A stretch of 64,000 bases of DNA, from positions 1-64,000 of the IMG/VR virus record IMGVR_UViG_3300032224_000723. One strand, given 5' to 3'. How positions within the stretch are numbered: the stretch's first letter is position 1; each line of letters opens with the position of its first letter. A program made the position numbers and the translations under genes. The notes beneath the pieces were generated by a model. That model worked only from the letters and a program-made list of their open reading frames with translations, did not search any database and had not been told where the DNA came from. Source of the stretch: a virus. This document shows, in pieces, positions 28,764 through 38,941 of this stretch.

Positions 28764-29345
28764 ATGAAAAACAAAATTATACTCACTGACGCAGACGGCG
28801 TATTACTTGACTGGGAATGGGCTTTTGCAGTTTGGATGGAGGAACATGGTTTCTCTAAAAAAGAAGGATATCAATTTGAATATGATATTGGCATCCGATA
28901 TGGCATTGGGCACGAGCAAGGTAAAAAGCTAATCAAAATGTTTAACGAATCGGCGGCAATTGGATTTTTGCCTCCTTTACGTGATGCTATGTATTATGTT
29001 AAACGATTACATGAAGAACATGGATATGTATTTCACTGTATCACTAGTTTGAGTACAGATGTTAATGCTAAAAAACTACGAGAAATGAACCTACAAAAGT
29101 TGTTTGGTAAAACAGCATTTGATCGTGTAGTGTGTTTGTCTACAGGTGCAGACAAAAATTATGCACTTGAAGAATATGCCAATTCAGGACTTTGGTGGAT
29201 TGAAGACAAACCAGAAAATGCAGACGTTGGTCATGACATGGGCTTGAAAAGCATATTAGTAGAACACGGACACAACATGCATCACAAATGCCCTTATCCT
29301 GTAGTAAAGAACTGGAAGGAAATTTATAGCATTGTTACCAGTTAA
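28764..29345 (+). CDS. HAD-family 5'(3')-nucleotidase-like phosphatase
   Basis: ILTDADGVLLDW; CITS; WIEDK. Confidence 0.88.
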   Translation: MKNKIILTDADGVLLDWEWAFAVWMEEHGFSKKEGYQFEYDIGIRYGIGHEQGKKLIKMFNESAAIGFLPPLRDAMYYVKRLHEEHGYVFHCITSLSTDVNAKKLREMNLQKLFGKTAFDRVVCLSTGADKNYALEEYANSGLWWIEDKPENADVGHDMGLKSILVEHGHNMHHKCPYPVVKNWKEIYSIVTS

Positions 29346-30367
29346 CTACCGCAGTATTCATCACATTTAAACAGCCTACCTTCTGCGTAGGCTTTTTTAT
29401 CCCAGCTAGACTCTACAGCATTGAACCAAGCAATGGATTGCTCTATACCAACTTCTAATGCGTTATTGTTTTTAACTAGATCTTTTAACATCATGTTATC
29501 TTGTTGCCATGGGTGTTGATATTCTAACTTAGGATACATTCCCAACCAACAACAGGGATACACTTCTCCTGTAGCAGTGATATAAATTTCAGCACGTTTT
29601 TTGGCATGACAGTTTACTTTATTTTTTACAGGAATTGTTTTGTAATAATTTAATCTGGTAGTGGGGTTAGTTCCAGGAGCAACCCATTCGTTCCATATTT
29701 CAATTCTTTTTGGATATTTAACTTCTTTAAACATGGGATCGTCGCCTAACTGATAAACCAAGTCCCCATCTCTATTATACACAGGACCTTGATCTCTGCC
29801 TTCATCCAATAATTCAAATCTTTTAAATCCAAGCTCTTTACTTAACTTTTGGCACTCGTCAATTTGATGTTGATTATGAGACAAAGGAATCATACGCCAA
29901 ATTGCATGGCCACCAGCAGCAATAAATTTCTTTGCATTGCTGATAACTAAATTCCAATCAGTGTTGCGTCTATATAAACTGTGCGTATCTTCAAGACCAT
30001 CTAAGTCAAACCCAACAAATAAATTAGGTACCTTTGCTAATCTTTCCCATATATTAGGTTTAGCGGAGGCATTGGTTGAAATAGTAATTTCAAGACGGGG
30101 ATTAGATTCAGCAAAATATTCTACTATGTCTACGCCTTCTCTGGCAGTGACAAAGTCTCCAAAGTTTCCATTAATTAATATTCTGTTTAGTTGTTGTAGA
30201 AATGGTACAGTAAAAATTTGTTTTGCTTCTACTAAGGACATATCGTGTACAGGATAACCTAAGTCAGAATCAAATCCCGCTGTGTTTCTTGGACACAAAG
30301 GGCAACTGGCATTACATCGTGTGCTAATTTCAAAATGCACACTGCGAATCATTGAGTAGTCGATCAT
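29342..30367 (-). CDS. Radical SAM protein with C-terminal SPASM/twitch domain
   Basis: CNASCPLC; C..IYITATGEVYPCC..CDEYC. Confidence 0.92.
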   Translation of the reverse strand: MIDYSMIRSVHFEISTRCNASCPLCPRNTAGFDSDLGYPVHDMSLVEAKQIFTVPFLQQLNRILINGNFGDFVTAREGVDIVEYFAESNPRLEITISTNASAKPNIWERLAKVPNLFVGFDLDGLEDTHSLYRRNTDWNLVISNAKKFIAAGGHAIWRMIPLSHNQHQIDECQKLSKELGFKRFELLDEGRDQGPVYNRDGDLVYQLGDDPMFKEVKYPKRIEIWNEWVAPGTNPTTRLNYYKTIPVKNKVNCHAKKRAEIYITATGEVYPCCWLGMYPKLEYQHPWQQDNMMLKDLVKNNNALEVGIEQSIAWFNAVESSWDKKAYAEGRLFKCDEYCGS

Positions 30368-30398
30368 AGTGTATTTACAATCGACTACTCTGGCTCTT

Positions 30399-31133
30399 TT
30401 ATATCTCCCGATAAATTTTCAAGACTTCGATTACAGCAGGATGACGTTGAATATCCTTTCCGGTTAGTTCAACACCCGCAACAAAAGTTGCGTGTTTATA
30501 TCCTTCTACTAATGCTTTAAAGTCTAATAGACCATTGTCAGGATCTTTCCTATCTGCTTGACGAGTGTCACCTGTGACAATCATCTTGCTATTTTCCCCA
30601 AGTCGTGTTAACAGCATTTTCATTTGGTTTGGTGTCGCGTTTTGCATTTCGTCTGCAATAATCCACGAATTTTTAAATGTCCGTCCACGCATGAATGCCA
30701 GGGGAGATATCTCAATAATTTGTTCATCTAGCATTCGGGCTATTTCCTTGCGGTCATAGTATTCAGCAAGTACATCAAACAAAGGCCTTGTCCACGGTTC
30801 CATCTTTTGATTTAAGTCTCCAGGTAAGAATCCATGTTTTTCATCGTCTACACCTACGGCCGGTCTGGTCAGCACAATTTTTGTAATCACCCCCTCTTTG
30901 AGTGCTCGGATCCCAGCTAACATAGCCAACATAGTTTTACCCGTACCAGCTGGACCTGTGGCAAAGACAATAATCTTTGACGGGTCAGTCAATAGGTTAA
31001 CGTATGTTTCTTGGTTTAGGGTTTTAGGTAAAAGATGAACTTGACGTTTTTTGTTATTGTAAAATGTATTTAAACTTACAACATTATTTTCTATGGCTTG
31101 CGCCTGAAAATCTCTAATTTTTCTCTTTGACAA
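30399..31133 (-). CDS. phoH: PhoH-family ATPase
   Basis: GPAGTGKT, RPAV, GFLPG, MRGRTF, DEMQN, TGDTRQAD, RHP; SD AGGAGG. Confidence 0.96.
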   Translation of the reverse strand: MSKRKIRDFQAQAIENNVVSLNTFYNNKKRQVHLLPKTLNQETYVNLLTDPSKIIVFATGPAGTGKTMLAMLAGIRALKEGVITKIVLTRPAVGVDDEKHGFLPGDLNQKMEPWTRPLFDVLAEYYDRKEIARMLDEQIIEISPLAFMRGRTFKNSWIIADEMQNATPNQMKMLLTRLGENSKMIVTGDTRQADRKDPDNGLLDFKALVEGYKHATFVAGVELTGKDIQRHPAVIEVLKIYREI

Positions 31134-31264
31134 TGTGTCCTCCTAAAGGATTGCGGACGGGTTAAATTGTTAGCGGACTGCTAACAATGCTGTCCACAAC
31201 AATATTTAAGAAGGTAAAATAGTTACAATCAATACAGTTAATGAAATTATCTTAGGTATAAGTA

Positions 31265-31996
31265 TTAGGCTAACTTTTGATAAACAAAATACAATCTGCT
31301 GTTAGCGTCTTTCTTAAACTCCAACAACTTCAAATTAAATTTCTCAGCAAACTCGTTTACTACTTCAAAGTTCCAAGGAAATATTTCTACATATGGGCCA
31401 GCTTTGTGTGGAATGCCTGGATTAGCCCTTAGATAAAATTTCCCATTTGGCTCTAGTAAATCAACGCAATGACTCATCCTTGCTTCAATTTCATCTTTAC
31501 TGTTAAAGTTAATAGATCCCAGTGCTAGGATGTGATCATGACTAGCTGGTTTAACTTTATACTCTAAAATATCAACTTGATAGTCTGCACAATTATTATA
31601 AGGATCAATTCCAATTAGATTTGGAATGCGCCCTTTAAAAGGATGATATCCGCAACCAACATCTAGTACATTTTTGGGATTTTGTTTGGTAATTTCTTCA
31701 GCCAAAGTCCAACCAGTATAATCATAGATATCTGTTTGTGGCTTCCAAATTTCACCAAAGAATCTTTTTATATATCGTTCGCTTAGATCATTGGTTATTG
31801 CTGATAAAGTGCCCACATAATCACAGGGCAAACTGAGTTCAATTTCCACAGCATCTTTGAATTTGCTGTAACGGGCCGGAGTCCAGGGAAGGGCATCCAC
31901 TACAGTGTCTTTGTCGATAACAATATTTTGGTATTTTGGCAAGTTAAATGCGTCCTGCAGGTTTTTCGTTAGAAGATTAAAAATTTTGGTATTCAT
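31265..31996 (-). CDS. Class I SAM-dependent methyltransferase with small N-terminal helical domain
   Basis: VLDVGCG, GIDP, LALGSINF. Confidence 0.85.
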   Translation of the reverse strand: MNTKIFNLLTKNLQDAFNLPKYQNIVIDKDTVVDALPWTPARYSKFKDAVEIELSLPCDYVGTLSAITNDLSERYIKRFFGEIWKPQTDIYDYTGWTLAEEITKQNPKNVLDVGCGYHPFKGRIPNLIGIDPYNNCADYQVDILEYKVKPASHDHILALGSINFNSKDEIEARMSHCVDLLEPNGKFYLRANPGIPHKAGPYVEIFPWNFEVVNEFAEKFNLKLLEFKKDANSRLYFVYQKLA

Positions 31997-32089
31997 TGAA
32001 TTTTTCCATAGATGATAAATATTTTAACAAGAGCATAAAAAAATTTTAGCCCTTGTAGTTTTTCTATTAAATATATTTAAGGAGTTTAT

Positions 32090-32785
32090 ATGAACGCAAA
32101 ACAATTTGTTAACAAGTTAGTTGAAGAAAACCAAGCACTATTCAAAGCCAGCCAGATCAATGTCAAGGCTTACTTTGATAGCAAGCCTAGCCAACAAGAA
32201 CTAGTAGATCACTTTATTGGTCGTATGGTCAATGAGCGTATGAACATGGTTGAAATTGCTGCCCAAGTTGCTGCAATGCCAGCTGATGCTGATCCAGTTG
32301 AACTACAGTTGTTGACACAACAAGCTCACGATGAAGCTGTTCACTTCCGTCTAGTTAAGGAAGTTATCGAGCACATCCAAGGTGCCCCACTTGATGTTAC
32401 AGCCGCTATTGCCAGCGAAGCAAAAGCAGACACAGCTAAAGGTGCCGCACTATTGAAGAAATACGAAGCCGACACTGATCCCGCTGCTCTAGCTGCTTAT
32501 CAGTTGGTTGCTGAAGGCCGTGCTGAAGCTGTTTGGAATCAAATGGCAGAGTGCATTGAAGATGAATTCGTATCTGGTGCTTATGCTAAGATTGCCAAGG
32601 ACGAAGGATTCCACAGCAAAATTGGCGCACGTAAATTAGAAAAGCTAGTTGACAGCGTTGAAGAACAAGCACGTATTGAAGCTCTTGTAGCACAAATGCG
32701 TAAGGACTTATTCGACATTAGTTGCAAGAACACCATGGAAGTTCCTGCCGCTAAAGAACTAGTAGCAGAAGCTTACGGATGGTAA
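32090..32785 (+). CDS. Ferritin-like di-iron protein
   Basis: E..DEAVH and E..DEGFH paired ExxH motifs; SD AAGGAG. Confidence 0.85.
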   Translation: MNAKQFVNKLVEENQALFKASQINVKAYFDSKPSQQELVDHFIGRMVNERMNMVEIAAQVAAMPADADPVELQLLTQQAHDEAVHFRLVKEVIEHIQGAPLDVTAAIASEAKADTAKGAALLKKYEADTDPAALAAYQLVAEGRAEAVWNQMAECIEDEFVSGAYAKIAKDEGFHSKIGARKLEKLVDSVEEQARIEALVAQMRKDLFDISCKNTMEVPAAKELVAEAYGW

Positions 32786-32786
32786 T

Positions 32787-33335
32787 TTGAATATTGGACT
32801 CACTCAAAGAGTTCTGTATTATAAAGATAGAGCGTATGATTCAATTGAGCATGGATGGTATTCATACTTAAAAGAACATACGCTTTGTTTTATAGCTAAT
32901 AGAACAGATCAAGATTTCGACAAACTAGCAGACTCATTAGACATATTAATTATTACAGGCGGTGATGATAACGCAATTCGTCGCAGTGTAGAAATTAAAA
33001 TTGCTACGGCTATGTTGGTTAGAAAAAAACCTATATTAGGTGTATGTCATGGAAATTTTTTGTTGACATCTATACTAGGTGGAGAGTTAGGCAATATAGA
33101 AGATCATATGGAAACTATACATCCAGTTTACTATTTTGGTGACGAGCACATTGTAAACAGTTTTCATAATATAAGAATAGTAAAACCACACGATGAAGCT
33201 ACAGTATTAGTTGTGGACCCAGATGGAAATTGTGAAGCGTGGATAGACAAAACACTAGCAGGTATTACATGGCATCCCGAGCGTATGGACAAGCCTTGGA
33301 TACCTGATGAGATTCAAGACCTTTTAAAAATTTAA
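32787..33335 (+). CDS. Class I glutamine amidotransferase / peptidase C26
   Basis: ITGGDD, PILGVCHG, VNSFH, WHPE. Confidence 0.9.
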   Translation: MNIGLTQRVLYYKDRAYDSIEHGWYSYLKEHTLCFIANRTDQDFDKLADSLDILIITGGDDNAIRRSVEIKIATAMLVRKKPILGVCHGNFLLTSILGGELGNIEDHMETIHPVYYFGDEHIVNSFHNIRIVKPHDEATVLVVDPDGNCEAWIDKTLAGITWHPERMDKPWIPDEIQDLLKI

Positions 33336-33343
33336 GGAACGTT

Positions 33344-33652
33344 ATGAAAAAGAAATTCAATGATTGGCGACGACGTAGTGTTGCCAGATTAGTAAGTTGG
33401 CGCATAATAGGAGGTAGTGTAACAGCTGGTATTGTATATCTAGTTGCTAAAGCAGGTGCTAGTGCCGCGGAAACTGCTACTATAATTTTTGTATGTCAAT
33501 TTACTGTAAATGCCATATTATATTACATCCATGACAGAATATGGAATGTATTCCAATGGGGCAGAGAAGTGGTATTTAATGACGGTACAACTATTACCCA
33601 TGCTGAGTATTTAGAAGTTGCCAATCAAATTAAAAAAAATGAAACTGCCTAA
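33344..33652 (+). CDS. DUF2061-like membrane protein
   Basis: RSVARLVSWRIIG...LYYIHDRIW..WG. Confidence 0.8.
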   Translation: MKKKFNDWRRRSVARLVSWRIIGGSVTAGIVYLVAKAGASAAETATIIFVCQFTVNAILYYIHDRIWNVFQWGREVVFNDGTTITHAEYLEVANQIKKNETA

Positions 33653-34217
33653 TAGAATATTTTTTACAGGTGTGCCCGGGTCACGTTGGTCAGGTATTGC
33701 TCAAACTTTAGAGTCTATTCCAGGATTTAATACTACGGACCGTACACCCGAACGTACATATAATCATCACAGTTACACAGGACACCAAGGTGCGTACTTT
33801 GGGCCAGGCATGGAATTAGAATGTAGTTTTGATTCAGATTATATCGACAGTGCATGGACCGAACCTGGCGGCACAAGATTAGTTAAAAGTCATAATTGGG
33901 CGCATATATTATACGAAGTTGAACATCACTTTCCCGACGATTGGATCATGTTGGTATATCGTCCAGACATGGCTAGCTACGCCTGGTGGCACGAAGCAGG
34001 TGGATTTCAGATCAAATATCCTTGCTATGATGCTTACCAAGACAGCATGGGTATGTTGGCAGCAATAACAAGACAGAATCAGTGCATTTTAGAATATGCA
34101 CACAGCAAAAATGCCACTTGGCATCATTTTACTCCACAATGGGTTGAATCAACATTCGGGCACCCTGTGGAGATTAAAAAAACTTTCCCGGATATTTTAG
34201 TAACGGTGTTTAAATGA
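33639..34217 (+). CDS. P-loop/sulfotransferase-like protein
   Basis: IFFTGVPGSRWS, LVKSH, MLVYRP. Confidence 0.6.
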   Translation: MKLPNRIFFTGVPGSRWSGIAQTLESIPGFNTTDRTPERTYNHHSYTGHQGAYFGPGMELECSFDSDYIDSAWTEPGGTRLVKSHNWAHILYEVEHHFPDDWIMLVYRPDMASYAWWHEAGGFQIKYPCYDAYQDSMGMLAAITRQNQCILEYAHSKNATWHHFTPQWVESTFGHPVEIKKTFPDILVTVFK

Positions 34218-34444
34218 GAGATCACGTTTGGTATATCAAGTACGCCAGTGCTTGTACAATTTTAGTAGCCATGGTATTCCATGTTATGGGTTGGACTCCA
34301 TGGAACAGTTTTCTACAAATGATCGGAGCCACTGGCTGGATCTACGTAGGGTATCGTTGGAATGAGCGAGCACTGATGTTGAATTTCATACCTCAGTTCT
34401 TTATCATCATCCCAGGTTTAATTTATATGTATTTTTTAAAATAA
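34214..34444 (+). CDS. Small 3-TM membrane protein
   Basis: Hydrophobic; PWN..GWIYVGYRWNERALMLN. Confidence 0.7.
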   Translation: MRDHVWYIKYASACTILVAMVFHVMGWTPWNSFLQMIGATGWIYVGYRWNERALMLNFIPQFFIIIPGLIYMYFLK

Positions 34445-34453
34445 GGAGAGAAT

Positions 34454-35116
34454 ATGTCAGACAAACATTTATTAATTGTAACAGGACCACAAGGATCAGG
34501 TAATCACCTATTCAGTCGCATCTTAAGTCAACACCCCGACGTTGAGGGATGGGAAGACCTTAAAAAGGAATATTGGGTTCCCAGCGATCTAGAACCATTT
34601 GCAGACTACTGGGTTGATCCTACAAAATTAACAGCAGATCAATTTAACAATAGCAAGTATTTTCTAGCTAATGTAAGTTGCCCTGTATACATTAATGGTG
34701 TAAGGCAATTTCCTAAGATTCGTGAAGTTGCCGATCGTGCAAAAGAATTTGGAGTACGTGTTACCATTGCTTTAATTGTGCGAGACAAAAATATTAATAC
34801 AGTACAACAACAAAGACTCATGGGCGGATATACATCCTTGCCTGAAGCACAAGAATACTACTACAGCAACATCTTAGACAGCGGACACGATGTACACTTT
34901 GTGGACCACGAAGCATTTTTCCTACATGGCAAACACTATTTAAAATGGCTCAGCAAGATCATCGACTTCCCTATTGCTTGGGACAGCGACAGCATTTATG
35001 ATTTCATTGAAAAGGACGCTAATCACAAATATGTAACAGCCATTGACTCGCATTGGTTAGATGAACATATTCGTGCTGGCCGTAGGCCCTACAGCGAAAG
35101 GAATATCCAGAGATGA
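34454..35116 (+). CDS. P-loop/sulfotransferase-like protein
   Basis: LIVTGPQGSGNHLFSRILSQHP; LIVRD. Confidence 0.65.
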   Translation: MSDKHLLIVTGPQGSGNHLFSRILSQHPDVEGWEDLKKEYWVPSDLEPFADYWVDPTKLTADQFNNSKYFLANVSCPVYINGVRQFPKIREVADRAKEFGVRVTIALIVRDKNINTVQQQRLMGGYTSLPEAQEYYYSNILDSGHDVHFVDHEAFFLHGKHYLKWLSKIIDFPIAWDSDSIYDFIEKDANHKYVTAIDSHWLDEHIRAGRRPYSERNIQR

Positions 35117-35508
35117 AACGCATCTTAATTATGGGGTTACCGGGTGCGGGTAAAACTACATTGGCCAAACAATTGGCCGAACCATTGAATGCACAATGGT
35201 TCAATGCTGACGAAATTCGCGCCAAATACAATGATTGGGATTTTAGTACAGAAGGAAGAATCCGTCAAAGTCAACGTATGCGACAACTTGCTGATGCTAG
35301 TAAACATAACTATGTTATTGCTGATTTTGTTGCACCATTGGCAGAAATGCGTGAAATTTTTGCGGCTGATTATACTATATGGATGGACACTATTAACAAA
35401 GGAAGATTTGACGACACTAATAGTGTATTTGATCCGCCCACTCACTGGGATCTAAAAATAGTTAATTATGATTACAATGTGGAGAAGATTTTAGAGGCAC
35501 TGCGCTAA
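35113..35508 (+). CDS. Adenylylsulfate kinase-like protein (short)
   Basis: GLPGAGKTT, NADEIR, DFSTEGRIRQ, ADFVAP, FDPP. Confidence 0.85.
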   Translation: MKRILIMGLPGAGKTTLAKQLAEPLNAQWFNADEIRAKYNDWDFSTEGRIRQSQRMRQLADASKHNYVIADFVAPLAEMREIFAADYTIWMDTINKGRFDDTNSVFDPPTHWDLKIVNYDYNVEKILEALR

Positions 35509-35531
35509 CAGCCAAAAAGCTAAATAATCAT

Positions 35532-36083
35532 ATGCCTGCAAATATTAAAGACATTTTAGAAAACATCAAAGACATCTACATGACAGATAGCAGTCTAACC
35601 ACATTGTTAGACTATGAACGTGTACTTGACGAGTTAGATTTATATAGCTTTCCTAATTGGAAAAAAGGCGAGCTAATTGAAGGCCCAATTTACGAAAAAT
35701 ACTTTGTAACTTGTAGTTGGATGTTTCCTTTTAGAGAAATGCCTGATCCCAGTGGTGCAGATCGTTTACTAAACTATGGCTGTGAAGTTACATTTAAAAA
35801 GGATCATTTTACATATCCTATTAACGTAAAATCTCCAGACGATTATAAACCTGGCACTAAAAGTCCACGCATGGTAGAACGCCCAATTTGGGTAGTTACT
35901 ATTACTATACCTAAAAAACTAATGAGTGATATTGAGCAAGGTAGTATTGAATTAGAAGGCGAAACCTTAGACCAAGAAGACATCGAACAAGCCTATGAAA
36001 CAGGAGCTGACGAAGATGTTTATAAAACCCCAGACGAGCAACAAAATGCACAAGCACAACCAGAACAACTTCCAGCAGTTTAA
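35532..36083 (+). CDS. Hypothetical (late) phage protein
   Basis: TAAATA-5 nt-ATG; 183 aa. Confidence 0.75.
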   Translation: MPANIKDILENIKDIYMTDSSLTTLLDYERVLDELDLYSFPNWKKGELIEGPIYEKYFVTCSWMFPFREMPDPSGADRLLNYGCEVTFKKDHFTYPINVKSPDDYKPGTKSPRMVERPIWVVTITIPKKLMSDIEQGSIELEGETLDQEDIEQAYETGADEDVYKTPDEQQNAQAQPEQLPAV

Positions 36084-36681
36084 CGAAGGTCTCGAACAAA
36101 GTGACCTATCTCGTCTAGTACACCCCAAACTTCATATTGACGAATTTAAAAGCAAGATGGGCGACGACGCTGACATTATTGTTTTAAGTTTTAAAGTCAA
36201 TGGCAAGGAACCTGCAACAGACTTAATGAACTTTATTGAAAAAGGCTATGAGTTTGTGTTAGATTCTGACGTTAGTGCAGGTGAATTAGATGACGGTGAG
36301 TATTTAGTATTTGCAGAAATAGAGCGCGGTCCTGAAGCACCAGAACAAATTGTAGGATTGCTTGACGATATTTTAAATTTAACCGAACAAGAAATTGACA
36401 ACTGGAAATTTCAATATCGTAAAAGTTCTGTAGAGCACGATATAAGTGCTGATGAAATTGCATCCATAGTACCAACAACTCCTGAAGAATACGATGCTAA
36501 ATTTGGCGAGCCCGATGAGGAAGAACCTGAGTCCGATGAAGAAACTCCTAACATTGAATCTGACAGAGAAATTGAAGACATGATAAGTTCAATGCAGGAA
36601 TCTGCCAGAGTACCTATGCATAGAACTGCTCCTAAAAATGACTGGACAGAAAGCCTAAGGATAGCCGCAGGACTCAAGTGA
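36046..36681 (+). CDS. Hypothetical acidic phage protein, probably head-associated
   Basis: IDEFKSKMGDD..; ends LRIAAGLK; start uncertain. Confidence 0.7.
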   Translation: MHKHNQNNFQQFNEGLEQSDLSRLVHPKLHIDEFKSKMGDDADIIVLSFKVNGKEPATDLMNFIEKGYEFVLDSDVSAGELDDGEYLVFAEIERGPEAPEQIVGLLDDILNLTEQEIDNWKFQYRKSSVEHDISADEIASIVPTTPEEYDAKFGEPDEEEPESDEETPNIESDREIEDMISSMQESARVPMHRTAPKNDWTESLRIAAGLK

Positions 36682-37547
36682 TTGACCTAATAACTGTGGT
36701 ATTTGAAAAAGAAATACCACTCATTGAAATTCAAGCAAGATCCATAGAACTTTACATAGACACAGATATAATAAAAAATATCTATGTTGTTGTCAACGAC
36801 GAAGATTCTATTGTAGATCAAATTAATCCCAATTGGTGGGGTGTACATTCCAACAAAGTTCAAATAATACCACGTAGCAAATACGGAGTTGACTCTACAT
36901 TGATTGGTTGGGATAGTCAACAAATGTATAAATTGTTTGCTGCTGAATCTGCAGAATCTTCTTGGAGTATGTGTTTAGATGCTAAGACTTGGTTTGTGCA
37001 GAAATTACAGTGGGACAATTTATTTGACGAACATAGTAGAGTTAAATTTAGAAGTATGCCAGTTATACCTGTTTTTAAATCTGCACAAGAATTTCTAGAG
37101 AAATTTTACAATATAGATATGAAAGAAGTCATAGGACCTGGCGGCGTACCTTTTATGTTTCACACTGAAACTGTAAAGTCTATGTTTAAAGAACTTAAAA
37201 TTCCTTTCTTAGAATTCTTTTCTACACACGTTAGACTTCCCGCAAATATAACCGAATTTATGTTGTATTCTGCATATGTTATACACAAGAACAGAGATTA
37301 TAGTAGCTTATATTCCAAGTCACAGTATTATCACATACAAAATTTAGCAGATTTTCAAATTGATCAATTTGACGAAATACTGGAAAATATGACCTATCCA
37401 GTGACACTAACTGCTTCTATTCATCTGCGTGTTTACCCATTACTGTCAGAACAACGGTTCGAACGCTGGTGCAATTTTCTACTAGAAAAGAACTTAACTA
37501 CCAACATTGAAAACACCAAAAGTCAGCTAAATATTTTGAGACACTAA
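36678..37547 (+). CDS. Glycosyltransferase-like (DUF6492-type) protein
   Basis: DLITVVF, GWDSQQMYKL, LDAK, TEFMLY. Confidence 0.65.
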   Translation: MIDLITVVFEKEIPLIEIQARSIELYIDTDIIKNIYVVVNDEDSIVDQINPNWWGVHSNKVQIIPRSKYGVDSTLIGWDSQQMYKLFAAESAESSWSMCLDAKTWFVQKLQWDNLFDEHSRVKFRSMPVIPVFKSAQEFLEKFYNIDMKEVIGPGGVPFMFHTETVKSMFKELKIPFLEFFSTHVRLPANITEFMLYSAYVIHKNRDYSSLYSKSQYYHIQNLADFQIDQFDEILENMTYPVTLTASIHLRVYPLLSEQRFERWCNFLLEKNLTTNIENTKSQLNILRH

Positions 37548-37561
37548 TTCAAGGAATCAAA

Positions 37562-38194
37562 ATGGCAGACAGTTTCGAATTTGACTTTACACAAGATCAG
37601 CTAGAACGAATCATAGTAAAAAATCCTCACATAGACCATTGGTTTGAGGCACTATCAAAGATTCTGCCTGATTATGACATAAACACACCAGCTAGGGTAG
37701 CAGCATTTTTAGCTCAATGTGCTCACGAAAGCGGAGAATTTAGATTCATCCAAGAAAATTTAAATTACAAAGCAGAAAGCCTACGTAAGGTATTTGCCAA
37801 GTATTTCCCGTCGGACGATCTGGCGCAGGCCTATGCTAAGAAACCTGAGATGATTGCCAACAGAGTCTATGCTAACCGTATGGGCAACGGAGACGAACAC
37901 AGCGGCGACGGCTGGAGATTCTGTGGCCGCGGCCTAATACAACTTACTGGTAAAAATAACTACGCTAAGTTCGCAGAAAGCATTGATACTCCTTTGGAAC
38001 AAATTACAGAATACCTAGGAACATTTGAAGGTGCTATACAAAGTGCTTGTTGGTTTTGGGAAACCAATAACTTAAACAAATGGGCAGATGCTGGTGACAT
38101 TAAACAAATGACTAAAATCATTAACGGCGGCTACATTGGTTTAGAAGATCGCATTAAACATTATGAACATGCATTGCATGTGTTTGGGGCTTAA
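37562..38194 (+). CDS. Glycoside hydrolase family 19 endolysin
   Basis: AAFLAQCAHES, ENLNY, GRGLIQLTGKNNY, SACWFW, INGG..GLEDR. Confidence 0.95.
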   Translation: MADSFEFDFTQDQLERIIVKNPHIDHWFEALSKILPDYDINTPARVAAFLAQCAHESGEFRFIQENLNYKAESLRKVFAKYFPSDDLAQAYAKKPEMIANRVYANRMGNGDEHSGDGWRFCGRGLIQLTGKNNYAKFAESIDTPLEQITEYLGTFEGAIQSACWFWETNNLNKWADAGDIKQMTKIINGGYIGLEDRIKHYEHALHVFGA

Positions 38195-38197
38195 TAG

Positions 38198-38656
38198 ATG
38201 TGGTTATTACACTTCCTACCAGATAGTTTTATACTGTTTATCGTATATCTAGTATTGGCTGCTGGCGGAATTTTAACTGCTTTGTCTTATTTGATTAAAT
38301 GGATTCCAGGCATTAGCACTTACAAACTTCCTATGCGTATAGGGGGTATATTTTTATTAATTTGTGGTGTATACTTTTATGGCGGATACTCAACTGAAAT
38401 GATCTGGCGTGAGCGTGTCGAAGAAATGGAAGCTAAAGTTGCGTCCGCAGAAGAACAAAGTAAACAACAAAATACAAAGATTGTCACTAAGCTAGTTACA
38501 AAAACACAGACGATTAAGACTCGCGGCGAGGACATTGTTAAGTATGTAGATCGTGAAGTTGTCAAATACGACACAAAATTTGCTGCTGGTGGCGAATGCG
38601 AAATACCTAAAGAATTTATCAAAGCATTAAATGATGCAGCGGAGCAGCCAAAATGA
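38198..38656 (+). CDS. Inner-membrane spanin (Rz-like)
   Basis: N-terminal TMs plus coiled coil and Cys; follows endolysin. Confidence 0.75.
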   Translation: MWLLHFLPDSFILFIVYLVLAAGGILTALSYLIKWIPGISTYKLPMRIGGIFLLICGVYFYGGYSTEMIWRERVEEMEAKVASAEEQSKQQNTKIVTKLVTKTQTIKTRGEDIVKYVDREVVKYDTKFAAGGECEIPKEFIKALNDAAEQPK

Positions 38657-38940
38657 ATTTACTTAAATTATTTGTATTAGCAATTTTTATTATGCTTGCA
38701 TTTTTGGCAACAGGTTGTTCCACCACTGTACCAGTTACAATGAAGTTTCCTGAAGCACCAGGTAATATTGCAATGACACCATGTCCACAACTACAAAAAT
38801 TACAAGAAGATGCTAAGTTAAGTGACATTAGTAAAACTGTGTCAGTGAACTATGGTACGTATTATGAATGTGCTGTGAAAACAGATGCCTGGATTGAATG
38901 GTATCAAAAACAAAAAATTATATTTGAAAGTGTAAAATAA
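38653..38940 (+). CDS. Outer-membrane lipoprotein spanin (Rz1-like)
   Basis: Lipobox LATG-C; Pro-rich; PCPQL..YYEC. Confidence 0.8.
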   Translation: MNLLKLFVLAIFIMLAFLATGCSTTVPVTMKFPEAPGNIAMTPCPQLQKLQEDAKLSDISKTVSVNYGTYYECAVKTDAWIEWYQKQKIIFESVK

Positions 38941-38941
38941 A

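Noticed and set aside
29342-30367. Radical SAM genes (here and 59730-60848) as pqqE
   Set aside because: Far from pqqA, no pqqB/C/D nearby; only generic radical SAM and SPASM/twitch motifs
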